A stretch of 64,000 nucleotides of DNA from Octopus sinensis. Its lineage: Eukaryota. Positions 38,585 through 49,513 of the stretch are shown one piece after another. The DNA is taken from assembly GCF_006345805.1 (NCBI RefSeq), contig NC_043003.1, positions 64,480,001-64,544,000 on the forward strand. The letters run 5' to 3'. Each line of letters begins with the position of its first letter. Position 1 is the first letter of the stretch. Under the pieces are notes generated by a model. That model ran no database searches, had not been told where the DNA came from, and saw only the letters and a program-made list of their open reading frames with translations. The translations under genes were made by a program, and so were the position numbers.

Positions 38585-38959
38585 TATGCATACATATTTA
38601 CAAATATATTTCGAGGGAGAGAGAGAGAGAGGAGAGAGAGAAAGAGAGAGATAGATCATACAACATAAGTTGTTATATTCCTACCCATCCAATTCATTAC
38701 AGATGTCAGTCCTTAAAAGGGTCTTCGAAACCAGAGAATTGAAGTAAAGCATTCCAGGCTACTCAAGAGGCAACAGTTGCAAGGTCAAGCTTTTTAAGAT
38801 CATGCCCCACCCCCCACCTCACCCCCGGTCGTTTTCATCACTTTATCTTCTAATATTCATGATATCCACTGATGCTAATTCCTTAAATGATTTGTTCAAA
38901 ACAACATCAAGGAACAGAAGAACACTAGTCAAAACACATGGGTTTATAGTTTGATGAAA

Positions 38960-39530
38960 GAAGGCATCAGGAAAAACGCTTAGCGGCGTTTCTTCTGGAT
39001 ATTTACATTTTGAGTTCAAATTCCGCCGAGGTCGACTTTGCGTTTATCCTCTTAGGGTCGACAAAATGAAGTACCGATCGAGAAGAGGGGTCGATGAAAT
39101 CGATTATCTCATCTGCCAAAATTTCAAACCTTGTGCCTGTAGTTGAAAAAAATTATTATTATTTTTAAAGGAGTAAACTGGCAGCGCGTCGTTAGCGCGT
39201 CGGGCAGAAATGCCTAGCGGCATTTTTTCCGGTTCTTTACGTATTGAGTTCGAATTCCGCTGAGGTCATCTTTGCCTTTTATCTTTTCGGAGTCAATAAA
39301 ATAAAACTAGCTGAGCACTGACTTACACCTTCCCTTCAAAATTGCAGAGGTTGTACTAACAATTTGGAACTATTATAGTTTGATGAAAGGCGGCGAAGAA
39401 TTGGTTTTGTCTTTTGAGTGTTGGATAAAATGCAACTTGGTATTTGTTACTTCAGTTCGAATTCTGCAGAGGCCAACTTTGCCTTTTATCCTTTCAGGGT
39501 CGATAAACAAGTTTCAATTCAGTGAGGAAA
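38960..39530 (+). mobile_element. Cluster of decayed SINE family A copies
   Basis: Three repeats of gagttc(a/g)aattc(c)gc...tttgcc/gtttt(c)atcc at about 39010, 39245 and 39455. Confidence 0.7.
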
Positions 39531-40199
39531 GGGGGCGGGGGGTAGAATGACAAAACTGTTAGAGCATCGGGCGAAATATTTTGTGATATCTACATAGTAT
39601 CCTTGCATTCTAATGGCCAAGTTGTATCGGTCTTTCGTTATTACATTTCTCGCCAAAATGCACCCCTTATGAGTTTCAATTAAATTCTAAAATAATCATG
39701 TATTTAGACTAATTTCACTACACAACTTTCTTTTATTTATCAATATATTAATGTGATTTTGGAACACAATTGGAGGAAAGGTTCTTAATCAATTCTATTG
39801 CATAACTTTTTATCCCAAAGCGACTCTGATTGCAGGTCAAAACAGCAATATATACATAGAAAATGAGTCATCAGCTAATATTCAATTGGGTATGTAACAA
39901 AAATTCTTAATATAGAAGAATTGTGCACATCACTAGATTATTTGTTGAATTTAATGCACATAAGAACAGGTTAAATAACATGAAATGAAATACCGGAATT
40001 TGTTTTTGAAGAAAACTAGAAAATTAAATACACCAACTTAATTAAACAAACTCACACATATACACGAATACGCAAGAACATATATAATAAAGATTTACAA
40101 TAGACATTAAATCAAAACTTGTTACTCACCTTACAGATAAATTAAAATTACAGGTAGATAAAATGTAAAAACTAAGTAAATGAAAAAAAAATATTTATA

Positions 40200-42310
40200 C
40201 GATCTAATCATACATATATACAATATTCATACAATATTTCTGTCATGGAAACTTGTAAAACATCCCACTCTACATACTGCAACCTTGCAGAATGCACATT
40301 TGGATAAAGTTTCAACTGGCCGTCCACTGGGAGTTTTTCTTTGTTGATGTAGACATTCACGGCACTGCCTTTTGCAACCCTCAATTTTTTTCTAACTTTT
40401 TTGAGATCGGCTGAACTCAGAGCGATATCTCTCTGGCAGGTTTTGCTTTTCTTTCCTACAGTTATTTTTTTGGGGGGAGGAATAACCTGCCCTCAACTGC
40501 GTTACTACATCTGCTTGGAACTGCAGATGGTCGCACCGCTTTCGAGCCCCTCCTGGTTTGGTATATAATATATATGCATTTACAATGCTAATATTTACTA
40601 TATACCAAATCAGGTATCGCCACCATTTACTATCCTGTCTACCAACCAGATGATAACTCATCATTTGGTTCAGCCGATCTGCACTGCCCATGTACCTGTT
40701 ATAATCGAGGTTCACAAACAAAGTGCACCGTTAGATAGAAAATAGATCTGCCTCTTATCTCTGTATGCGATCGCTAGCAGATTTCCTTTCTGCCGTTGGA
40801 TTATTTTCTTTTTTGAAATTTTGCTTTATTTTTAAATATCCAACGGCAGCCCTTTTCTACTAGCAATTACTCTTTTCTACTCTAGGCACAAGGCCCGAAA
40901 TTTTTGGGGAGGGGGCCAGTCGATTAGATCGACCCCAGTAGGCAACTGGTAGTTAATTTATCGACCCCGAAAAGATGAAAGGCAAAATCGACCTTAGTGG
41001 AATTTGAACGCAGAACGTAATGACAGACGAAATAACTTATTTCTTTACTACCACTCTGCCAACTCGTCGCCAGCTTCTAAATCCGCTGCAAGTTTGACCG
41101 AACTAAAAAATCGGTAAAAGAAATATTATAAGATCCTGGTTATGGTATGGAAGTAATAAATCCCAGACCACATCGTACCCTAGGCCCTTCTGACGAACAT
41201 TATTGTCTCTTTTCCCAGTATAAAAATTAAACCCACAGAAATTCCCAGTATTTGCTTCGAAAATTTTCCAAACTTTCATCCCCCACGTTCGTGGGCTTTC
41301 CTGGCATATATTGTCGGAAGTGTACCCTTCTTTTATACCTCACTATGTCCTCATCGACGGATACATCTCAGGGTTATAGAGTGTTTTATATGCGTTCTGG
41401 ATGCAGTCGAAGAGGGGTCTTACTTTAAAGAAGAGATCAAAGTTTGGTTCTCCACGTACTGGGGTACTGTTTGTGTCTCTCACATGTAAATACTGGTTCA
41501 GTTTCACAAATCGTATCCTTGACATAATACTGGAAACGTACGATCGCCAAAAGATTCCTGATTGTTCCAAGTAATTTGTAATTCTGGGTAATTGTCTTAT
41601 ACCCATAATAACATTTATGGCAAAAAAATGCCCGTATTTCTTATGGCAAAAAATGCCCGCATTTTTTTTCCAGTTAGTTTACATTCTGCATAGCGGTTTA
41701 TTTCCGCATTGATGGCTTCAAACAAGCTTACTTGAAAAACAAGAAAAAATGCTTAACGGTTTCGCTTTCTGAGAAAGACTATGTGTAGATCCTGTCTCAG
41801 AAAAAATGTTAATAAAAATATTTTAAAACTTTTTACTCCATTCAGGTGTAAAATCGTCCTCACTGTCACTATTGCTGCTTTTAGTTTTTTCAGAATCGCT
41901 GCTTTCAGTTTCGGACACAGAAATATCCGATTCATTTTCATACACCACGTGCTTTTGTAGTTCACTCACACTTTTGCTCGATTTCTCAATATCTTCCGTT
42001 GAAAAGCCCTCAAATTCAGAATCACTGCTTGATAGCATGAAACTCCTATCCATTTTAAAAGTTGAAGAAAATCGTCGAAGAAAAAATGTGAAAAAATCTC
42101 TCAAAATTCACAGAGTTCAGACATCACGCCAAACAATGTCGGATGCTATTACTCGATTATTTACAAAGTGAAGTCACGCATTTTCACGAATGCACTAACG
42201 AGATTTGTGTTGAAATTCACATTTAAATAACAATGGGTTCTCTCGGCTGGGTTGGTCGTTTGAACCAAAAAACTTTTCAGCCGGCTGCGGCCGGGTTGGT
42301 ATCCAAAGGG
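40200..42310 (-). mobile_element. Decayed piggyBac transposon
   Basis: Acidic N-terminus (MDRSF..SDSE), MGIRQLP..MSRIRF..LH..FKVRPL, YNRYMGSADRLNQM..KWWR..IVNAYILY, Cys-rich C-terminus CREC..CAFC..CRVGCF..FH; terminus TTAA|CCCTTT at 42310-42314. Confidence 0.88.
40868..41072 (-). mobile_element. SINE family A inserted in the piggyBac transposase
   Basis: Typical tail ...cttttctactctaggcacaagg and central domain; interrupts the transposase-like sequence. Confidence 0.85.
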
Positions 42311-42443
42311 TTAAGATAAACCTTTCCTTTTCACAATACAGCTGGAGTGTAGACTGAAGACATGCTTAGGCAACAACCAGTCTTCCATCCGCTCCAAAAA
42401 TAAAAAAGGACAACAAACCATTCCTTAAGTCTGTACCTACAGA

Positions 42444-42806
42444 CAGTGGCAGACTGGGTCTAAAAATATTGGTTGCCAGGAGACTAAGGGGGCACACCCG
42501 CAACTACAAGGGAGCCCACCCGCAACTACAAGGAGACCTACCTGCAACTACAAGGGGGCCCGCCCACAACTACAATGCTATCATTTATTTATTTATTTAT
42601 TTATTTTTGTTAGAAGTATTCCTTTCAATTGTCTACAAACACAGCCAGGCTGAAACAATGCATTCTTACAGGAGTGAATACAAAAATTCTCGAACTTGAG
42701 AGGATGGGCCCCTTAGATACTAACATGGGCCTCCATATATGGATTCTAATGACGCAGGGGCCCAATTGCCATCTGGCAAACTGGCAACCTGGCCAGTCCG
42801 TCACTG
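42444..42806. mobile_element. hAT-type MITE, copy 2
   Basis: Same TIRs and body as 13252-13545; 8-bp TSD (C/T)CTACAGA; four internal units of about 22 bp. Confidence 0.9.
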
Positions 42807-43154
42807 TCTACAGATGCAGATGAACGGTCAACTCCGACAAGTGGAAGGCTATCCACCAAATGTTTTGATTTCTTTACCCCTTTCAATATGTTTTCTATTG
42901 TTTCAGTAAAGTGGACCCACGTCAAAATTGTAGGATTTTTAAAAGTGTCTCATAGATTTTTCAGCCATTAACCTTATCTTTCCCTGTCGATCTAGCTTTT
43001 AAGTTAGTAGCGAATGTGGATTCCATAGAAGACCTCCACTTTTTAAGATTGTTTTTGTTTTACACACACTTACACACTCCCACAAACACACGCATATACG
43101 TGTATGTGTGTGTGTATGTATGTCTCTCTTCATCTGTCTACATATCTATCTATC

Positions 43155-43195
<41 letters not shown>

Positions 43196-43345
43196 GATAT
43201 ATGATATATATATATATATATATATATATGCATGTGTGTGTGCGCGCCCGTATGTAAGGCAATCAGCACAAAATGATGATAGCACAGGAGGGACAAGTTT
43301 TCAAAAATATGGAATTATTTTGATGCCTAAATAGAAGGCAAAGAG

Positions 43346-43381
43346 TTTTGACGTTTCGGACGTTAGACCCTCATCATAAAA
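43346..43381 (-). ncRNA. Degenerate minimal hammerhead motif
   Basis: TTTT-ATGATGA-GGGTC/TAAC/GTCC-GAAAC-GTC-AAAA; C3A change. Confidence 0.45.
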
Positions 43382-43659
43382 ATGAGAAAATGTTAAAAAA
43401 CAGAAATAGGGAGTCAGGAGCCGGGTGGAAATGCAGTTCTATGAGGCTGTTCAGAAAGGAAAGAAGATGGGGTTGATTTCGTTCGGTTTTGTCAGTCATA
43501 TAGTAGTATATTTATTCTTTCACGTCACTATCATTGTCCCATATTCACTTGCATCAACAAGCAGAAATCGTGCAAACGCGCAGAGAAAATTTAACAATTC
43601 AACTTAGCTGAAAGATGTAGAATTAGGTAATACTTCTCAATTCTCTTCAGCAGGTCTTT

Positions 43660-43860
43660 ATATATATATATCAGACACCATGATGGAGTGCTAGCTCCAA
43701 AAGTTTTTTTTTTATCCTCTCTCTCTTTATTTTCTCGTGTTCCTTTCTGTTGAAGGGCATAGTCTTGAAATGTAAAAGACTTCCTCACTTTCCCGAGCGT
43801 CAAACTAATACACCTGCTTGTTGTTCACAAACCTGTCTTCGTCTTTTGTTTTTTCTGTAA
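43660..43860 (+). mobile_element. Short (TA)n-flanked repeat with degenerate hammerhead (43743-43778)
   Basis: CTTT-CTGTTGA-AGGGC/ATA/GTCTT-GAAA-TGTA-AAAG. Its 3' part recurs inverted and internally deleted at about 59435-59492. Confidence 0.5.
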
Positions 43861-43876
43861 CCTATATATATATATA

Positions 43877-44271
43877 TCTTTATATATAAAAGTGAAGTTG
43901 TGTGTCTGTCTCCTACGATTTAGATTCCTAACTACTCCCACATTTTGCGGTGCAGTGTAACCAAAAGCGGGTATCTTATAGTCGTGATTCATATCGAGCC
44001 CTTCTGGGTATCAACGCGCGTCTACGATGAGTGTACGATTTAAAAAAAAATTTACCATAATTTTTTCCCATTTTTAATGCATTTTTTTGCTATTAAATAA
44101 GGGAAGTAACTCTCTAAAAATGTATTATTAAATCACATAGCGTAAAAATCTACAGTAACACCCCCCTTTGTGGTTAGCCATATTGAGATGGGTATTATAC
44201 TTTACATCTCTAAAAATGCTTATATAGTTATTTCCCTTACAAACCCGAGCAACGCCGGGCGATACTGCTAG
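43877..44271 (+). mobile_element. Non-autonomous Helitron
   Basis: 5' TC start (TCTTTATATATAAAA..TGTGTCTGTC); 3' hairpin CCCGAGCAACGCCGGG followed by CTAG terminus. Confidence 0.75.
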
Positions 44272-44313
44272 CATATATATATATATATATAATATATATA
44301 TATATAGATATAT

Positions 44314-44392
<79 letters not shown>

Positions 44393-44408
44393 TATATATA
44401 CATATATA

Positions 44409-44448
<40 letters not shown>

Positions 44449-44466
44449 ACACATATATATATATGT

Positions 44467-44712
44467 GGAGGCGCAATGGCCCAGTGGTTAGGGCAGCGGA
44501 CTCGCGGTCGTAAGATCGCGGTTTCGATTCCCAATTGGGCGTTGTGAGTGTTTATTGTGCGAAAACACCTAAAAGCTCCACGACGCTCCGGCAGGGGGTG
44601 GTGATCCCTGCTGTACTCTTTCACCACTCTTTTTCCTACTCTTTCTTCTGTTGGCCTGCTCACTTAGCCAGCGGGGTCGCGTCATTCAAAGGCTAAAAAA
44701 ACAATGCGAACA
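44467..44712 (+). mobile_element. SINE with family C head and alternative short tail
   Basis: GGAGGCGCAATGGCCCAGTGGTTAGGGCAGCGGACTCGCGG...; diverges from 3262-3621 after ...ttcaccac. Confidence 0.85.
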
Positions 44713-44759
44713 ACATCTGATGGTCTGGTCAGTCACGTGATATATATATATATATATAG

Positions 44760-44960
44760 TTAATCCAAACAAGAAAGCACAAAAAACACAACAACGCGAG
44801 GACGTGGACGCTATTATTAGTATTATTGGACGCTCAGGAAAGAAGGAGGGTTTAACGTTTCGAGCGGAGCTCTTCGTCGGAAACATAGGAGAAGGAAAGA
44901 TCCAGAGAAGGGAAGACAGAGGAAAAAAATCGCCAACGGTACACACGAGGTCACATTTTG
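44760..44960 (-). mobile_element. Short (TA)n-flanked repeat carrying a minimal hammerhead (44850-44884)
   Basis: GTTT-CCGACGA-A-GAGC/TCC/GCTC-GAAAC-GTT-AAAC; U4C in the core. Confidence 0.55.
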
Positions 44961-45024
44961 ATATATATATAAAAGAGAAGTTTGAAAACGCCGCTATATA
45001 AGTTAAATTTTAATTTTCTTAGAG

Positions 45025-45072
45025 ATTTTACATGTTTCGGTTCTTCTTGAGAAGACGAACCTTATCAAAAAT
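45025..45072 (-). ncRNA. Minimal type I hammerhead with compensatory U3:A8 core
   Basis: ATTT-TTGATAA-GGTTC-G-TCTT/CTC/AAGA-A-GAACC-GAAAC-AT-GTA-AAAT; all three stems can form. Confidence 0.7.
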
Positions 45073-45388
45073 ATTTTTAAAAGTTAATTATAATAAAAAA
45101 GTTCATAATTGTTTCTTACTAGTCTCAACAGAGTCCACGTGGTGGCGTTTTGTGGTGGGAGCATAATGGCTGTCTTGTGTGTTGACTATATTCGTTGGCT
45201 GAAATTGTGGAAATGACCAGCGGCCGAAATAGCAGTAGTAGCAGTGACTGTTGGTCGTAGTAGTAGTGGTGGTGGTGGTTGAGAGAGAGAGAGAGAGATA
45301 TGTATGCATGTGTGAATGTATGTATATGCACTTGTGTATGCGCGCGCATGTTTACATCTATAGGCATTTATATGCACATACACACACA

Positions 45389-45420
<32 letters not shown>

Positions 45421-45685
45421 CGTGTGTGTGTGTATTATACATACATAGATACACACATTTAAGATCTCAGCAAATGTACTGAAAGACTTTTCGTATTATC
45501 ACTTTCGCAGTGTATATACATAAAACAGACCAAAGTGTCTATAAATACATGACTATAAATCACGTGTAAGTGATACCACGTGTTCTTCGGAATCCCCTTC
45601 ATACTGTACCTATCGAAATAAACAATAATAGCCTTTTAAAGATTAAAGAGCCTTTCCCTCTTGGGTCCACCTCTCTCGGAAGCAC

Positions 45686-45716
<31 letters not shown>

Positions 45717-45859
45717 TGTATGTACATCGGTATGTACGTACTTACGTATGTATTTATTTATGTATGTATGTATGTATGTATGTATGTATGTATGTATGTA
45801 TGTATGTATGTATGCATGTACGTAAGATGTATTATTTGTGTGTGTATTTGTATATACGT

Positions 45860-46075
45860 ATGTGTGTGTTTGTTTGTCCGTCACCACCGCTTAACAACTG
45901 GTGTTTATAAGTTTACATCCCCATAACTTAGTAGTTCGGCAACAGACCCCGATAGAATAAGTACATGGCTTTAAAAAAATGTCATGGAGTCGATTTGTTC
46001 GTCTATAACTCTTCAAGGCGGTACCCCAGCATGGCCGCAGTCAGATGACTGAAACAAGTAAAAGAATAAAAGAAT
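45860..46075 (+). mobile_element. SINE family B tail
   Basis: ttaacaactggtg...ccagcatggccgcagtcagatgactgaaacaagtaaaagaata. Confidence 0.8.
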
Positions 46076-46164
46076 GCATTAGATTAATGTGAACAGGCAC
46101 AGGTCCTTCGATTGAACAGAGCTGGAATTATTTCCCCTTATATAAACTATATACGCATGTGTAT

Positions 46165-46505
46165 GCTGAGACCCCCTTGGGTCATGTCTAACCATGGGAT
46201 CGCACCTAGAAAGTTACCATGCCAGGAACAAGTCCGGGCAAGATTGTTTATGGAAGACCAGCAGTCGCCCATGCATACCAGCCTCCCCTCTTCACGCCAT
46301 CAGTGTTATCCAAGGGAAAGGCAAAGGGGCCGATACAGCTAGGCACCTGTGACGTCGCAACTCATTTCTACAGCTGAGTGAACTGGAGCAACGTGAAATA
46401 AAGTGTCTTGCTCAAGAACACAACACGCAGCCCGGTCCGGGATTCGAATTCACAACCTCACGATCGTAAGCTCGACGCTACAACCACTGGGCTATGCGCC
46501 TTCAC
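46165..46505 (-). mobile_element. tRNA-derived SINE family E, full length
   Basis: Head GGCGCATAGCCCAGTGG..GAATTCGAATCCC; 13-bp TSD TACGCATGTGTAT (46152-46164 / 46506-46518). Confidence 0.88.
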
Positions 46506-47159
46506 TACGCATGTGTATACACTATATAAATACAAATGAATTTATCCGTATTTATCTGTCTGTTTTAAAATTCGTGTTCACAGTGACTTCATGTAGTACG
46601 TATTAGCTTATTCAACCAGCCTGCTTTAATAAGCAGGTGACAACCGATGTCCAACTCAGCACAAATTATATAATAAATTTTATAACAATTTAATTGTTCC
46701 GGCATCGTAACAGCAAATGTTCCGTTATTTTAAATCTAGCTTTAATTAATAATTACAAATTATGACACCAGTGATTTTAGGAGGATGCGGTCAGACAATT
46801 ACATCGACTTCTGTACGTAACTGGTGCTTTATTTTATCGACTCCGGTTCGATGAAAGGCAAAGTTGCTCTCGGTGGCATCTGACTTTAGTACGCAAAGAG
46901 CTGGAAGAAATGTTACTGTTTTGTCCGATGCTATAACGATTCCGCTAGCACACCACTTTAACTGTTCTTAAAATAATGGTTTCAAATTTAGGCACCCTTG
47001 TGCCTCTGCCTGGCCGCAGTTCAATGACTAAAACAAGTAACAGATTATATATATATATATATATTTCGTTTCCATATTTGGTTTGCAAGATTCTTTATAT
47101 GAGTTCGTGTGTTGAAGCATATTCTGTTGTGTCTGGGGAGAGTCATTTTCTTGTGAGTG

Positions 47160-47196
47160 GATTTGGTAGACGGAAGCTGAAAGAAGCCTATCGCAT

Positions 47197-47244
<48 letters not shown>

Positions 47245-47475
47245 ATATATATATATTGTATGTGTGTGTGCCGGTGTTTGTCCCCCACAATCGCTTCACA
47301 ACCGATGTTAATGTGTTTGCGTCTCCGTAACTTAGCGCGGTTCGGCAAAACAGGCCGATATAATAAGTACTAGGCTTAAAAAAGAATAGGTCCTGGGATC
47401 GATTTATTCGGATAAAGGCGGTGCTCCAGCATGGCTGCAGTCAAATGACTGAAACAGGTAGAAGAATAAAAGAAT
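47160..47475 (+). mobile_element. SINE family B, 5'-truncated
   Basis: gtgagtggatttggtagacggaagctgaaagaagcc, (TA)n, then tail. Confidence 0.85.
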
Positions 47476-47489
47476 TTTTGCAGAGAGAG

Positions 47490-47536
<47 letters not shown>

Positions 47537-48251
47537 CAATAATGTATGTAAGCAGGTATGTGAATACACATTTCCATGTAGTGTTGAGTGACCTTAAACT
47601 TGCGTTTGAATGCCTATAAATACTCACATATCCAGATGCATAAATACACAGGGTTGCTGGGGTCTACGTGTATGAACGAGCGAATGTATTGAAGTGCGCG
47701 AAAGGAAGGTGGTTTATGTAAGATGGAAGACGTCAAACTGAATTACAAAGATTTTCTAAGAGTTCACACCATAACGTGAAGTGTTTGAAACTAACAACAT
47801 TGAATCAATGTATTACTATGACTTCCTGTACATACACACCACACGCACACATACCCCCTAGACACACACACACATATGTATTCACATGCACGCACATATT
47901 TGTATACATATGTATATATATATATGAATTCGACCCCACCACTTCAAATGTGTGTGTGTTTATGTATGTGTGTGTTTGTGTGTGTGCGTATGTATGGTGA
48001 AACAAAGAGGGACATAGAGACAGGCACAAAGAGAAAGAGGGAGAGGCGGTGAGAGACAGAAAGAGAGAGAGAGAGAGGGGAGAATGGGAGAGAGAGCGAG
48101 AGAAAGAGAGGGAGATTCAAACCGAGTGTGCCATTGCAGTGTGGCTGGTGGATAAATCTGTATCGGAAACACTTCACAACGAGGTTAAATACGTTTAGAA
48201 AACACAGTCATGTGACTGCCTTCAAACACACACACACACACACACACACAC

Positions 48252-48302
<51 letters not shown>

Positions 48303-49513
48303 ACACAAACACATACATATACAAACATATGTGTGTGTCTGTGCGTAGCGCAGGTACGTGGCCTAGTGGTTAGGACGTTCGGATCGTGATCATAATGTCG
48401 TGAGTTCAATTCCTTGACCGTTTGGCACATTTTATTCTTATGTAACGCATTTCATTTCCCCTTTCTCCAGTTTATTCAGCAGTGAAGATTCAAGAGCTGG
48501 GCCTTGTGATGAAAAAAACCCCTTCACTCTAACTGACGTCCTCGAACACCCAGTTCCTTACAACTCCTCTCTTGCTCGACATTACACTTGATAATATAAT
48601 GATAATTGCATTATAACCATTGTCCTTCCCCTGGAAATATATTCATCCACATACGTCACAAATTCAACATTCACCCGAAGCCTGCACTCCATATGTACTC
48701 ACATACAACGACCACACAATTAAAATATAAACTGCACTCACCATTTGTATACACATCTATCTAGCTTGTAAAATAATAAATGTGTTAAAACAACTCCCTT
48801 GCAATTAGAAGCACGTATATCTCCTTCTAACAGTAAATTAAAATTTTTGATGACATACCTTCTTACGATAATTTGAATGAATAAGTGAAAGCTGTACTTG
48901 TTTTGTGATTTATTTTTCTATAACATTAACCCTCTTCTACAATATTATTAAATAACGTTTTAAACCACGAATATTATTAACACTCTTAGTAAATTTATTT
49001 ATTTCTAAAGTTTATAGTATTAAACTCATATATCCTCACTTCTGAAAGCACGTTACCTTTAATAACTACTTCTATTTCATGATTCAACTTTTATTTTCGT
49101 ATAAATATTAATTCTTTTTATCCTCTTCTTTGTATTAACTCATTGACTGCATAATTAAATTTTATGGACATTCTTGTAATGATGTTAATTATATACCGAA
49201 AAATACAATTGATATTTTCTGCTTCTGCAGTATAAAACAGCTTTATAAGCACTTTATCAAAATTTGACACTCGAATTTTTTCGTCCAATTATTCAGTGAG
49301 TGAATAATAATTAATTAAAGGAAGAAAACTGAAGTAAAGTCGATGTTACGAACGTTTCTGTGAATGAACGTTATTTACTCCATACTACATACAAAGTTAC
49401 ACAATATATGCAACATATACAATAACGTTAATGTTTAATCACTTTCTCAGTCATCCTGACTATATCTAGGTACAGGCACGGCTGTCTGGATAAATGTTAT
49501 ATTTAATTGAAAG

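Noticed and set aside
44467-44540. tRNA-like sequences (also 3550-3621, 25930-26005, 46430-46505, 48345-48420)
   Set aside because: SINE heads with A/B boxes but no complete cloverleaf, continuous with SINE bodies.
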